Below are positions 18,370 through 28,363 of a DNA stretch of 64,000 bases, piece by piece. This DNA is from Anaerolineales bacterium. Lineage in GTDB: Bacteria > Chloroflexota > Anaerolineae > Anaerolineales > E44-bin32. A model generated the notes under the pieces. The model did not search any database and was not told the origin of the DNA. It saw only the letters and a list, made by a program, of their open reading frames with translations. Position numbers and translations under genes: made by a program. Location: contig DAOUEK010000077.1 in the NCBI GenBank assembly GCA_034430425.1, positions 281 to 64,280 of the forward strand, given 5' to 3'. Within the stretch, counting starts at the first letter, position 1. Each line of letters begins with the position of its first letter.

Positions 18370-19592
18370 CCACAATCGAGATCGAACTGACCGGTAATGC
18401 CTATGGCGGTGAAGCTTTCGGACGCGACGAAGAAGGCAGAATGACCTTTGTGTCTTTCGCACTGCCCGGCGAGATTGTGCGCGCTGAGATCGTCGATGAA
18501 CGCAAACGCTGGGCACGCGCTCGACTTGTCGAAATCCTCGAACCATCCCCCGAACGAATCAATCCGCGCTGCCCACACTTCGCGGTCTGCGGCGGATGCC
18601 ACTACCAGCATGTCACCTACGAGACCCAAACAAACATCAAATCCGGAATTCTCCACGACCAACTTATGCGGATTGGCGGTTTCGAGACGCCTCTAGTCAA
18701 ACCCATCGTTCCATCGCCAACTCCCTGGAACACCCGCAATCATATTCAATTTTCCCTTGCCGAAGACGGTCGTTTGGGTTTCATGGCCGCAGGCACCAAC
18801 GACGTGGTGCCCATCACGGAATGTCACCTCCCGCTGCCTGAAATCGAAGAAATATGGCCTCGCATCGACACGGCGGAGCAGCTCGCTATCGATCGAATCA
18901 TCCTGCGTGCGGGAACGGACGGGGAAATCCTGATCGCTATGCAAAGCGAAAACGAACCCGATCTCGATATCCACATCGACCTGCCCGCATCGCTCGTATG
19001 GCTCGGTCCGCAAGGCGTGACCGTACTGGCCGGAAACCAACACATCGACAGCCAAGTGCTCGATCAGCACTTCCAGGTCTCGGCGCGTTCGTTCTTTCAA
19101 GTTAACCGCTATCTGCTCGACGATTTGACCCAGCTCGTAATCCAGGCGATCGACGCTCAACCGGGGCAGGTGATCTTCGATCTCTATGCCGGTGTGGGCT
19201 TGTTCAGCGCATTCATCGCGCGCAGCGGAGCGAGACTCACTGCGGTGGAGCAATCCCCCTGGTCCTGTGAAGATTTTGAGACCAACCTGCAGGCGTTTGA
19301 CGGTGTGACCTTGTACGAATCATCCGTGGAGATGGCTTTGCCGGCTATCCAGGAAAAACCGGATTCCATCCTCGTCGACCCGCCGCGTGAGGGCCTGAGT
19401 CAGGAAGTCCGGGATATGCTTGTCGAGTTGGCGCCATCGAAATTGGCATACCTCTCCTGCGATCCGGCCACACTCGCACGCGACGCCAAACGGCTTGTCC
19501 AGGCCGGTTTCACGCTGGACTCCGTCACCCCCATCGACCTCTTCCCGCAGACGTATCATATCGAGGCCCTGGCTATTTTCCATTTCGCTTGA
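18366..19592 (+). CDS. TRAM-domain 23S rRNA (uracil-C5)-methyltransferase (RlmD/RumA family)
   Basis: N-terminal TRAM, Fe-S cysteines CPHFAVCGGCHYQH, SAM motif DLYAGVGLFS, catalytic C in YLSCDPATLARD. ATGA overlap with the upstream gene. Confidence 0.85.
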   Translation: MTTIEIELTGNAYGGEAFGRDEEGRMTFVSFALPGEIVRAEIVDERKRWARARLVEILEPSPERINPRCPHFAVCGGCHYQHVTYETQTNIKSGILHDQLMRIGGFETPLVKPIVPSPTPWNTRNHIQFSLAEDGRLGFMAAGTNDVVPITECHLPLPEIEEIWPRIDTAEQLAIDRIILRAGTDGEILIAMQSENEPDLDIHIDLPASLVWLGPQGVTVLAGNQHIDSQVLDQHFQVSARSFFQVNRYLLDDLTQLVIQAIDAQPGQVIFDLYAGVGLFSAFIARSGARLTAVEQSPWSCEDFETNLQAFDGVTLYESSVEMALPAIQEKPDSILVDPPREGLSQEVRDMLVELAPSKLAYLSCDPATLARDAKRLVQAGFTLDSVTPIDLFPQTYHIEALAIFHFA

Positions 19593-19684
19593 AGACCAAT
19601 ATCACAAACACATATCCGGTTGATATTCCCAGAGAACATCCGATTTGGAGTTGATATCCCACCAAGAGAAGGTACAATCAGGCC

Positions 19685-20317
19685 ATGGACACCCTCGAAC
19701 ATCCCATCCTAATCGTGGAAGACTTCGACCACGTCCGTGAGTTATTGGAGGCAACACTGATCCACCGGGGGTATGTTGTCATCTCCGCGCGAGATGGAAT
19801 AGAAGCCCTCGAACGCATTAAAAAGCAAGAGCCGTCATTAATCCTGGCGGATATCATGATGCCCAACATGGATGGTTTCGCGCTGGCCCAAAAGGTCCGC
19901 TCCAATCCACAGACAGAACACATCCCCATCCTCTTCATCTCGGCGACCTTCATCACCCAGGAGGACATCGATTTCGCACTCAGCCTCGGCGCGGTTTCGT
20001 TCCTCGAAAAACCAATCGATGCACAAGAACTGGTGCTCACCGTGGGAGAGATCCTCACCGGCGCCCACATTGAATTTTCCGAACCACTTTCCGACGAGAG
20101 TTTCCATAAAGGTTATCGAAAGCGCCTCGAAGCGAAGTTGAAACAGAAGCATGATCAAATAGCCAGGGCACAGCGCCTCGTTGAGAACGTGCCTGAAAAA
20201 CAGCGCCCCGAATTTGAGGCGCTGCTACACCAGACAAAATCACAATATCGACAAATCACAAGGGAATTGGAAGCTCTAAATATGGAAAGAGGCTCCCGGA
20301 AAGAATCCTCCTCGTGA
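19685..20317 (+). CDS. response regulator, receiver domain plus coiled-coil tail, no recognisable output domain
   Basis: ILIVEDF...ILADIMMPNMDG...LEKP receiver signature. The C-terminal ~80 aa are charged and helical. Confidence 0.85.
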   Translation: MDTLEHPILIVEDFDHVRELLEATLIHRGYVVISARDGIEALERIKKQEPSLILADIMMPNMDGFALAQKVRSNPQTEHIPILFISATFITQEDIDFALSLGAVSFLEKPIDAQELVLTVGEILTGAHIEFSEPLSDESFHKGYRKRLEAKLKQKHDQIARAQRLVENVPEKQRPEFEALLHQTKSQYRQITRELEALNMERGSRKESSS

Positions 20318-21117
20318 CCATGGATAGATATTCTTTTGCCAAGGACCTGGCGCGAAAAGCAGGGGCAATTCTACTCGAAGGGTATGAAAATTCGGGAGAA
20401 GTCCATAAGAAGGGGGAGATCGACCTCGTTACGGAATATGACCTGCGTTCAGAACGCCGGGTGGTAGATGAAATCCAGCGAGTCTTCCCGGAAGACTCCA
20501 TCCTCGCCGAAGAGGGCGGCGAACACCAACAAGGCTCCGGCTTCTGGGTGTTGGACCCACTCGATGGAACCGTGAATTTCGCGCACGGCGTACCCATCTT
20601 CTGCGTCTCGCTTGCTTATCTGGAAAAAGGTCGTCCGCTGCTTGGCGTGATTTACGATCCGCTGCGGGACGATTTGTTTCACGCTCAACATGGTCAAGGT
20701 GCCTGGCTTGGAGATCGTAGGTTAAAGGTTTCAAAGGTGACAACACTCAACCAGAGTCTCCTGGTCACCGGCTTTGCATACGACATCCGCACCCGCAGCG
20801 ACAACAACCTCGATCATTTCACCAACCTGTCATTGCGAACACAGGGTGTACGCCGGCTGGGTTCGGCTGCCCTGGATCTCGCCTACGTTGCCGCCGGATA
20901 TTTCGACGGCTATTGGGAAATGCTAACCTATCCCTGGGATATCGCCGTGGGCGTTTTATTGGTTACCGAGGCGGGAGGGGTTGTGAGTTGCGCTGACGGC
21001 AGCCAACTTGACGTCAAGCGACCCACTTCGGTTGCAGCCACAAATGGGATAATACATGCCGAGTTGTTAGCCACCTTAGCCAACGGAGCTCTTCCGCCAC
21101 AAGAGCAAGACAACTGA
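20314..21117 (+). CDS. inositol monophosphatase family protein
   Basis: Motifs LAEEGG, WVLDPLDGTVNF, WDIAVG. The start may be the ATG at 20320. Confidence 0.85.
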   Translation: MTMDRYSFAKDLARKAGAILLEGYENSGEVHKKGEIDLVTEYDLRSERRVVDEIQRVFPEDSILAEEGGEHQQGSGFWVLDPLDGTVNFAHGVPIFCVSLAYLEKGRPLLGVIYDPLRDDLFHAQHGQGAWLGDRRLKVSKVTTLNQSLLVTGFAYDIRTRSDNNLDHFTNLSLRTQGVRRLGSAALDLAYVAAGYFDGYWEMLTYPWDIAVGVLLVTEAGGVVSCADGSQLDVKRPTSVAATNGIIHAELLATLANGALPPQEQDN

Positions 21118-21175
21118 TCAGGAACCGTAACCGTCAAGCGATTCCCTTCCGTGCACACGACCTATCTTGATGCAC

Positions 21176-21994
21176 TCAATCAGGAATACGCAGCGCATTC
21201 TCCAGCACCTGAAAGTCAACCTTCGCGGTTAAATCGAGGCTCAAAGGAGTAACTGCAACTTGCCGCAGCACGCGTAAGGCATGTGCGTCACTGCCGGGCT
21301 CAAAAGTTTCATGCGCTTGTGAAACCGTGTACCCCACACGTGACGGTTCACCCGCCTCGTTCTGGCTGTGGTCGATTGGCACGTAGTATTTCGCTCGCGT
21401 CAGGCGCGTCATTTTCCATGGGGTCGCTGTCGTAGCATCGCGGGGCACTTCCACCTTAAGCACGTCCATATCGGACATCCATTCCATCTGCAATGCGATC
21501 GCAGCGAATCTCTGCGTAAAAAAAGCTGCTGTGGTGAAATCCACCTCATCCGAATACGAAAGGTGCAGGCGCGGCTCTGCTTCAATCGACACTGCAAGGG
21601 AGGGTATTCCCAAAGCTGCGCCTTCCAAAGCCGCTCCCACCGTACCCGAGATCGTGACCCCCAATCCAACGTTCTCACCGTAGTTGATGCCTGCAACGAC
21701 GAGATCTGGTTTACGCGGTGCGATTTCGAGGACGCCGCGCTGGACAGCCTGGGCTGGCGAACCGCCCACCGCAAATACGTCCCACTTTTTCTCCCGTACA
21801 GTCACTTCCTCTTTAAGGATTAAACCATCGGATGAGTTGGGTAAACTGCGGCTAAAACCGGAACTCTGTTCGCGCGGCGCGGCGACAACCACAAAACCCA
21901 ATTCAGACAATGCATCTGCAGCCGCCCAAAGTCCCGGCGAGCGGATTCCATCATCGTTGGTCAGCAAGATTAAGGGTTTATCTTTTGCCAGCAT
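21176..21994 (-). CDS. surE: 5'/3'-nucleotidase SurE
   Basis: ILLTNDDGIRSPGL N-terminal signature and GINYGENVG. Confidence 0.9.
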   Translation of the reverse strand: MLAKDKPLILLTNDDGIRSPGLWAAADALSELGFVVVAAPREQSSGFSRSLPNSSDGLILKEEVTVREKKWDVFAVGGSPAQAVQRGVLEIAPRKPDLVVAGINYGENVGLGVTISGTVGAALEGAALGIPSLAVSIEAEPRLHLSYSDEVDFTTAAFFTQRFAAIALQMEWMSDMDVLKVEVPRDATTATPWKMTRLTRAKYYVPIDHSQNEAGEPSRVGYTVSQAHETFEPGSDAHALRVLRQVAVTPLSLDLTAKVDFQVLENALRIPD

Positions 21995-22096
21995 AGAAAA
22001 CCTTTACGCTATTATCTCTGTTCATGCATGGAATTAACGACTCATTCGAGAATCATTGGGCTGTACCTGCAAGGCTGCACGAAATCAGAACGCAGT

Positions 22097-22750
22097 TCAT
22101 GCGGTCGTTTTATCCGGAATAACACAACTTGCTTCAATGGCAAGTTGTTCGAAGAAATCCTCCACCAATTTATACCGCCGTTCGCCAATTGTGCGCGCCG
22201 GTTCCGTTAAAAGGCGATCTTTCACATAACGCAGCTTGCGCAGATGTTCGTGATATGCGCTGTGTGATTCTCCCGGTTCGGTCTCTCCTCCCTCGAGAAA
22301 TTTTTTCGACGGCGCCTGATAGATCGGCAATCCTGCTTGTACTGCATAGCCAATCGTGCGCGCAATTCCAAAAGCCCCGATCACGTCGAGTTTGTCGGCG
22401 TCGAAGAGTATTTTCGCCTCCAGTGTTTTCGGCTTCAGTTTGCTGCGATAGCGATGTGCCAGGATACAATGCAGCACAGAATCGATACGTTCCTTCGGCC
22501 AACCTTCTTTCTGCAGCACTTCTCGACCGAACTCCGCCGAAGCAACCTCATGCCGCTCACGGGAGATATCAGATTGCGGATGCGCGCCGGCTGCATCATG
22601 CAGCAGGGCGGCGGCACGCAATATTTCCGGATCGGCTCCGAGTTCCCGTCCCAGGTACTCCGCCATTTGCAGCACACGCTGCACATGATCAAATCCATGA
22701 ACCGGATCGGAGGGATCGTACCACTCCCTTGCTTCTTCGATAGTCGGCAT
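22097..22750 (-). CDS. HD-domain phosphohydrolase
   Basis: HGFDHVQRV ... LLHDAAG (H..HD motif). Start moved to the ATG at 22750 (MPTIEEAREWY). Confidence 0.8.
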   Translation of the reverse strand: MPTIEEAREWYDPSDPVHGFDHVQRVLQMAEYLGRELGADPEILRAAALLHDAAGAHPQSDISRERHEVASAEFGREVLQKEGWPKERIDSVLHCILAHRYRSKLKPKTLEAKILFDADKLDVIGAFGIARTIGYAVQAGLPIYQAPSKKFLEGGETEPGESHSAYHEHLRKLRYVKDRLLTEPARTIGERRYKLVEDFFEQLAIEASCVIPDKTTA

Positions 22751-22944
22751 GCATCGCTCCTTCAGATTAACGCCTCGAGACATCCTCCAAAACCATCCCC
22801 CAGGTTACCTCGCAAAGCATAACATACGTTGCGAAGTAAATGGATAATCTCAATCGTTGAAATACGAGTAGCCCGAGCAACTTGTGCTTCAGATCAACCC
22901 TAAAATGTGGCTTTTGTCTTAATCATACTGGGAGAATGTATACT

Positions 22945-22973
22945 TTGACGCCGGAGAACCAAGGTGTTACAAT
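22945..22973 (+). promoter_or_regulatory. sigma70-like promoter for the cold-shock gene
   Basis: TTGACG (22945-22950), 17-nt spacer, TACAAT (22968-22973). GGAGG at 22990-22994 lies 9 nt before the GTG start. Confidence 0.55.
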
Positions 22974-23003
22974 CCATAGGTTATTTTACGGAGGTTTTTA
23001 TAA

Positions 23004-23219
23004 GTGGCAAAACGCACAACCGGCATCGTTCGCTGGTTTGACGGCTCTAAAGGATATGGTTACATCGATGCCGAAGATGGAGAAGAGGTCTTCGTGCATT
23101 ACCTGGATATCGTGGACGAAAAAACGCCCTTCTTATCGCAAGGTGAGCAAGTCGCCTTCTTCCTCGAAAACACCATCACACATGGTGCTCAGGCAACGGA
23201 CGTAACCCGCCTCAACTAG
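23004..23219 (+). CDS. cold-shock protein (CspA family)
   Basis: GIVRWFDGSKGYGYI (RNP1-like) and VFVHY (RNP2-like). GTG start. Confidence 0.95.
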   Translation: MAKRTTGIVRWFDGSKGYGYIDAEDGEEVFVHYLDIVDEKTPFLSQGEQVAFFLENTITHGAQATDVTRLN

Positions 23220-23247
23220 ATGAATAAAATTCTAGTCAGCCCTTTTT

Positions 23248-23276
23248 ACCCCGCTTGGTAAAATACCAGACGGGGT
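23248..23276 (+). terminator. hairpin downstream of csp (weak U-tract)
   Basis: ACCCCG...CGGGGT outer stem with an inner TGGTA/TACCA stem, followed by CTTGTC. Confidence 0.4.
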
Positions 23277-23331
23277 CTTGTCATGTCCCCTCCCGAAAAA
23301 GAACAAAATTAGATATAAGGAAAGTAGAAAT

Positions 23332-24978
23332 ATGGCAAGTAAGAAATTAAGACTAATACCTCTTGGCGGATTAGGGGAAGTTGGGAAAAATATGATGGTC
23401 GTCGAGTACGGCGACAACATCCTCATTATCGACACCGGGGTTATGTTTCCGGAAAACGACATGCTGGGGATCGACTACATCATCCCCGACTTCGAGTATC
23501 TGCTCGACAAGAAAGACAAAGTACGTGGCATTATCGTCACCCACGGTCATGAAGACCACACTGGCGCCATCCGCCATGTGCTCGATGAAATCAATGCACC
23601 GATCTACGCCACCAAACTGACCCGCGGGCTATTGGAGATCAAACTCAAACGCGGCGGAAAAATCAATGCAGCCACATTGAACACCGTTCAGGCGGGCGAA
23701 GAAGTGCAAATCGGCCCGTTCGGTGTGGAATTTTTCCACGTCTGCCACTCCATACCCGACGCGGTTGGTTTGGGCATCACCACGCCCGCAGGGCTCATCG
23801 TACACTCGGGTGATTACAAATTCGATCACACACCCGTCGATGGCTGGCCGACAGACTTCGGCAAGCTGGCAGAATTTGGCTCGCGCGGCGTGTTAGCCCT
23901 TCTGGCAGACTCCACAAATGCGGACGAACCCGGTTGGACACCCTCGGAAGCGGTTATCAACCCGGCCTTCGATAAAGTATTCGAAACAGCAAAAGGCAGA
24001 ATCCTTATCGCCTCGTTCGCATCATTGATTTCCCGCATGCAGCAGGTAGCCAACGCGGCCATCCGCCATAGGCGTGTGATTTCCTTCGTGGGTACGAGTA
24101 TGGTTGAGAATGCCAAGATGGCCCGCAAACTGGGGTACCTCGATGTTCCCGATGAACTCATCGTGCCGTTGGACCAGGCCCTGAAAATGAAATCTCACAG
24201 GGTCGTATTGATGTGCACCGGCACACAAGGAGAGCCATCTTCCATTCTGGGGCGCCTATCCACCGGAAAAAATCGGCAATTTGGCTTGCATCCCAAGGAC
24301 ACCATCGTGCTCTCCTCTCACCCCATCCCCGGGAATGAGGAAATGATCAACCGAACGATTAACCGTCTACTCCAGAGCGGAGCGAATGTGATTTACGATC
24401 CTATCGCCCCTGTACATGTTTCTGGTCACGCCAAGCAAGAAGAGATGAAACTCCTCATCCAGCTGGTACGGCCGGAATATCTGATCCCGGTGCATGGCGA
24501 ATTGCGGCATCTCAAACAGCACGCTGCACTGGCCTGTGAACTTGGGATCCCGGAAGAGAATATCGCCGTCATCGAGAATGGTACGATCGTCGAATTCCAG
24601 AAGGGTAAAATGAATGTGGGTGATCGCATTCCCGGAGGCTATGTTTTCGTCGACGGGAGCGGTGTTGGAGACATCGGACCCAGCGTGATGCGCGAGAGAG
24701 AAGCTTTGGCGCGAGACGGCTTCGTTCTCGTACATATCGCCATCGACTGCAAAACGAGAAAACTGCATGGCCAGCCCACCTTAATCACCAAAGGCTTTGT
24801 GTTCGTGCGCGATGCCGAAGAATTAATAGATGATGCACGCAATCGTATTGCACAACTGGTCGCCGACGAAAAGGCGGAAGAGATCGAAGGTAAGATCCAA
24901 AAAACCCTGGAAAACTACTTCTATTCGGCAACCAAAAGGCGGCCAATGGTCTTCGTCTGTACATCTGAGATTGACTAG
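23332..24978 (+). CDS. rnj: ribonuclease J
   Basis: LRLIPLGGLGEVGKNM start, HGHEDHTGAI beta-lactamase motif, beta-CASP and C-terminal domain length. Start moved to the ATG at 23332. Confidence 0.95.
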   Translation: MASKKLRLIPLGGLGEVGKNMMVVEYGDNILIIDTGVMFPENDMLGIDYIIPDFEYLLDKKDKVRGIIVTHGHEDHTGAIRHVLDEINAPIYATKLTRGLLEIKLKRGGKINAATLNTVQAGEEVQIGPFGVEFFHVCHSIPDAVGLGITTPAGLIVHSGDYKFDHTPVDGWPTDFGKLAEFGSRGVLALLADSTNADEPGWTPSEAVINPAFDKVFETAKGRILIASFASLISRMQQVANAAIRHRRVISFVGTSMVENAKMARKLGYLDVPDELIVPLDQALKMKSHRVVLMCTGTQGEPSSILGRLSTGKNRQFGLHPKDTIVLSSHPIPGNEEMINRTINRLLQSGANVIYDPIAPVHVSGHAKQEEMKLLIQLVRPEYLIPVHGELRHLKQHAALACELGIPEENIAVIENGTIVEFQKGKMNVGDRIPGGYVFVDGSGVGDIGPSVMREREALARDGFVLVHIAIDCKTRKLHGQPTLITKGFVFVRDAEELIDDARNRIAQLVADEKAEEIEGKIQKTLENYFYSATKRRPMVFVCTSEID

Positions 24979-25130
24979 CGAATGAGAGCACGTTTGTCTC
25001 ATACCAACGAAGCCGATCGTACTCCAATCAGATGAGCTGAAGGATTCCTCGCAAACGTTCTTATAATCTGACTGACCGCTTGAACCCCCACTTCGGGATC
25101 AGTGTTGCATTCGACCCTACGCAGAGTATA

Positions 25131-26039
25131 ATGCCAACGATGAACAGAGAATATCGATTCCTGACGATAATCCTTTCGACTTGCACGGTTGCGCTGGCAG
25201 GATGCAGCTTGATTGGTGGTGCACTCCCGACCGCCACATTGACGCCAGATCCTCCGACGGCAACTCCCGAGCCCGCAGCTGCGAGGGTGAACGGCGAAGC
25301 GATTCTGATCGTGGATTTCGAAGAAGAGCTTCGGCGCTACGAAGCTGCAAAACAAGAGATTGGCATCGACCTTGCAACCCTGGATGCGTATGAAAATCAA
25401 GTGCTGCAGGCACTCATCGACCGCAAACTGCTAGCCCAGGGCGCCCGCCAGAGTGGCCTTGAAATCGAAACGAGCATCCTCAACACAGCAATGCAAGAAC
25501 TGGCGACGGAATTGGGCGGCAATGAAGCTATGGGGGCTTGGCTGGCCGAAACAGGGTATACATTGGATAGTTTTAAACTGGCCCTCGAAGAGGACATGCT
25601 CGCGGCAAACATGGTTGACTTGATTCTTCAAGATCTTCCTGAAAACGTAGAGCAAGTCCACGCCCGAATCATCCTCCTGGCAAGTGAAACCGATGCGTCA
25701 TTCGTATTGGAACAACTCGCTGCCAATGCGGACTTCGGAAGATTGGCCAATCTGTACTCCCGTGATGCGAGCACGAAGCCGGATGGCGGAGACCTGGGTT
25801 GGTTCCCTCGTGGGGGTCTGCTTTTCCCTGAGGTCGAATCCGTCGCTTTCGAACTCCAACCCGGCGAGGTCAGCGGTATTGTGGCAAGTGATTTGGGGTA
25901 CCATATCATCGAGACCCTTGAGAAGGCGGAGCGTCCACTTTCGCCAAACGACTTGCGAAACCAGCAAGAGCAGGCGGTGGAGGATTGGATCGCCGCGCAG
26001 CGCGAGTCCGCTAACATTGAACTCATGATCACACCGTAA
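25131..26039 (+). CDS. parvulin-type peptidyl-prolyl isomerase lipoprotein (SurA/PrsA-like)
   Basis: Lipobox VALAGC. PpiC domain GGDLGWFPRG...GYHIIE. The start could be 25131 or 25140. Confidence 0.85.
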   Translation: MPTMNREYRFLTIILSTCTVALAGCSLIGGALPTATLTPDPPTATPEPAAARVNGEAILIVDFEEELRRYEAAKQEIGIDLATLDAYENQVLQALIDRKLLAQGARQSGLEIETSILNTAMQELATELGGNEAMGAWLAETGYTLDSFKLALEEDMLAANMVDLILQDLPENVEQVHARIILLASETDASFVLEQLAANADFGRLANLYSRDASTKPDGGDLGWFPRGGLLFPEVESVAFELQPGEVSGIVASDLGYHIIETLEKAERPLSPNDLRNQQEQAVEDWIAAQRESANIELMITP

Positions 26040-26060
26040 ACCGGTGCGAGGAGGCAAGCC

Positions 26061-26786
26061 ATGATGGAAAACGACTACGAGCGAAGCCCCGGGTTTAGTT
26101 TTTCGGGCTGCAAACGCATCGTTTTCAATATCCTCACCGTCATCGTGTTGTTAACGACGGTGTTTGTGGGCATCGTACTGGTTGTCGTTTTTGTTAATCC
26201 CCAGATCTCGATCAATCCTTTCCCACCACCCACAATGCTGCCTACGCTGGGATCTCCGACGCCCACGCAAACACCGGCAATCACCTTGCCTCCAGTCTGG
26301 ACGCCGACACAAACAGAAGAGGCGGGTACAGAACCAGAAGCCACGCCCTCCCCCACCAAGGAACCACCAACAGCAACTGTCACGGAAACACCGGAGGAGG
26401 TAGCGGAATACCCCTTCGTCTTGCAAGTCGGCAGCCCGGCGCTGATTGAAAACTTCATCAACGGATCAGGATGCGAATTCATGGGTGTTTTCGGCCAGGT
26501 TTTCAACCAGGACAATCAACCCATTCTTGAATTGACGGTGCACCTTGGGGGGGAACTCGAGGGGATAGGGGAAATCGATCTATACTCACTTACAGGAAGC
26601 GAGCTGGACGCCGGCCCGGGCGGGTACCTCTTTAATGTGGCTACAGCACCGATCGCCAGCGCCGGTACGTTGTGGATCCAATTGGAAGATGGCAGTGGAA
26701 ATCCGATTTCCGAACAAGTCTACCTGGATACGAGTGATTCCTGCAGTGAGAATCTAATCCTGGTCAATTGGCGACAGGTGCGATAA
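26061..26786 (+). CDS. hypothetical single-pass membrane protein with Pro/Thr-rich linker
   Basis: TM helix IVFNILTVIVLLTTVFVGIVLVVVFV, then a PT-rich linker and a ~130-aa beta-rich domain. No recognisable family. Confidence 0.6.
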   Translation: MMENDYERSPGFSFSGCKRIVFNILTVIVLLTTVFVGIVLVVVFVNPQISINPFPPPTMLPTLGSPTPTQTPAITLPPVWTPTQTEEAGTEPEATPSPTKEPPTATVTETPEEVAEYPFVLQVGSPALIENFINGSGCEFMGVFGQVFNQDNQPILELTVHLGGELEGIGEIDLYSLTGSELDAGPGGYLFNVATAPIASAGTLWIQLEDGSGNPISEQVYLDTSDSCSENLILVNWRQVR

Positions 26787-26814
26787 GTCTCACCCGGCAA
26801 TGGATGCTAATCTG

Positions 26815-26855
26815 CCCCCCGATGCGAATTCACATCGGGGGGTGGTTTGTTATTT
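26815..26855 (+). terminator. rho-independent terminator
   Basis: CCCCCCGATG (26815-26824) pairs with CATCGGGGGG (26833-26842), 8-nt loop, followed by TGGTTTGTTATTTT. Confidence 0.8.
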
Positions 26856-26861
26856 TCGTTA

Positions 26862-27118
26862 GCGCCGGATATGTATCCGCAATTATCCATAAAATAATGG
26901 TAACTGGAGAGAAGATATAAACCCATTTGTCGTTTTGGTGGATTACGTAGCGAAGATGGGCAGATACACATCTGCCCAATACCGGTTGCGGATGAATATC
27001 CGCAACCAACATCCAAGATTGTTGGCGTCGGATGTGTATCCGGTGCCAATATTTTGCGGATTTTAATCCGCAGGTGTTTTAGCATGTAGGTTGGGTTTCG
27101 TTCCTCAACCCAACCTAC
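26862..27118. repeat. array of five related palindromes (core GAT-N4-ATC) plus a 12-bp perfect hairpin
   Basis: Unit arms: CGGAT/ATCCG at 26866-26879, GGGCAGAT/ATCTGCCC at 26958-26977, GGTTGCGGAT/ATCCGCAACC at 26984-27007, CGGAT/ATCCG at 27029-27042 and TGCGGAT/ATCCGCA at 27055-27072. A hairpin GTAGGTTGGGTT/AACCCAACCTAC lies at 27086-27118. Confidence 0.8.
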
Positions 27119-27128
27119 GGACTGCCTA

Positions 27129-28325
27129 CTATCCGTTAATATTCTTCTGCAACGCTTCACAAACCCGATCGACCTCTCCCTCGGTCATGATCGTCGAGAA
27201 CGGCAGCGCCAAACTTCGCTTTCCCAGATCTTCCGTCACCGGGAAGTCGCCGGGACGATACTCGAAGCGCTCGATGAAGTAGGGCTGTGTGTGAATGGGC
27301 ACGAAGTAAGGTCGGGAAGGAATCCCCGCCGCAGTCAATCGTTCAACCAGGGCACTTCGATCGACATCCCCGGCCAAACGAACCACGTAAACGAACCAGC
27401 TGACCCGGGTAGTGTTCGGATCTATACGCGGTGCATCTACGCCTGAAATGTCCGCCAGGCGTTCTCCATACCAGTCAGCCACACGCCTGCGCTTATCCAG
27501 CAACTCATCCAGCCGACCCATTTGTACGCGCCCCAAAGCCGCACTCATTTCATCCAAACGATAGTTGTAGCCCAGATGCGTGTGGTCGAGCCAGGTATCT
27601 CCCGGTGCACGACCCTGGTTGCGTAACGCACGGAAGGAATCCGCCCATGATTCGTCTTGCGTAACGATGATTCCCCCTTCACCGGTGGTGATTTGTTTGT
27701 TGGGATAGAAGGCAAACACGCCAGCATCCGCCAACATTCCGGCCGGGCGTCCCTTGTAGCTGGCGCCGAGCGCCTCACACGAATCCTCGATTACGACCAG
27801 GTCATTCTCATTCGCAATCGCATTCAGCGCGTCAAAATCGGCCGGCTGTCCAAACACGTCTACAGGCAGGATGGCCTTCAAGCGACCACTTTCTTGCGCG
27901 CCCTTTCTCGGAAGCCGGCGAGCCGCCGCCTGGCCACCGCGCAGCAGATCCTGCACGGCCTGTCCCACTTGCTCGGGATCGATGTTGCCCGTACTTGAGT
28001 CGATATCGACGAACACCGGCGTTGCTCGCTCGTAGAGAATCACATTGGCCGAGGAAATGAATGAAAAAGGCGTGGTGATGACCCAATCGCCATCCGTAAT
28101 ACCCGCAGCTCGAACGCAAAGATGCAGCCCCGCCGTTCCAGAGCTTACGGCAACGGCATATTCGGCGCCGATATAGTCTGCCACAATGTTTTCAAACGCC
28201 TCGATCTGCGGCCCCATACTCAATCTCGGCGTACGAAGCACCTCCAGCACCGCATCCCGCTCCGCATCCGTTAGGTCCGGCGAAGACATATTGATGGAAA
28301 CCGGTTGTTCGCCATCCTTGGTCAA
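27129..28325 (-). CDS. DegT/DnrJ/EryC1/StrS-family PLP aminotransferase (NDP-keto-sugar aminotransferase)
   Basis: Family pattern EVLRTPRLSMGPQIEAFE...AVAVSSGTAGLHL...NYRLDEMSAALG. Confidence 0.9.
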   Translation of the reverse strand: MTKDGEQPVSINMSSPDLTDAERDAVLEVLRTPRLSMGPQIEAFENIVADYIGAEYAVAVSSGTAGLHLCVRAAGITDGDWVITTPFSFISSANVILYERATPVFVDIDSSTGNIDPEQVGQAVQDLLRGGQAAARRLPRKGAQESGRLKAILPVDVFGQPADFDALNAIANENDLVVIEDSCEALGASYKGRPAGMLADAGVFAFYPNKQITTGEGGIIVTQDESWADSFRALRNQGRAPGDTWLDHTHLGYNYRLDEMSAALGRVQMGRLDELLDKRRRVADWYGERLADISGVDAPRIDPNTTRVSWFVYVVRLAGDVDRSALVERLTAAGIPSRPYFVPIHTQPYFIERFEYRPGDFPVTEDLGKRSLALPFSTIMTEGEVDRVCEALQKNING

Positions 28326-28363
28326 GCCTTTATCCTCCGTTCAGCAATAATGCTATCCCCATA

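Noticed and set aside
22129-22743. 204-aa plus-strand ORF.
   Set aside because: It is entirely antisense to the HD-domain gene. Its composition is typical of a shadow frame (R/P/A/S-rich).
26807-27160. 117-aa and 60-aa minus-strand ORFs and a 63-aa plus-strand ORF across the convergent intergenic region.
   Set aside because: They are built almost entirely from the palindromic repeats, and both strands stay open because of the symmetry. There is no RBS and the composition is implausible.
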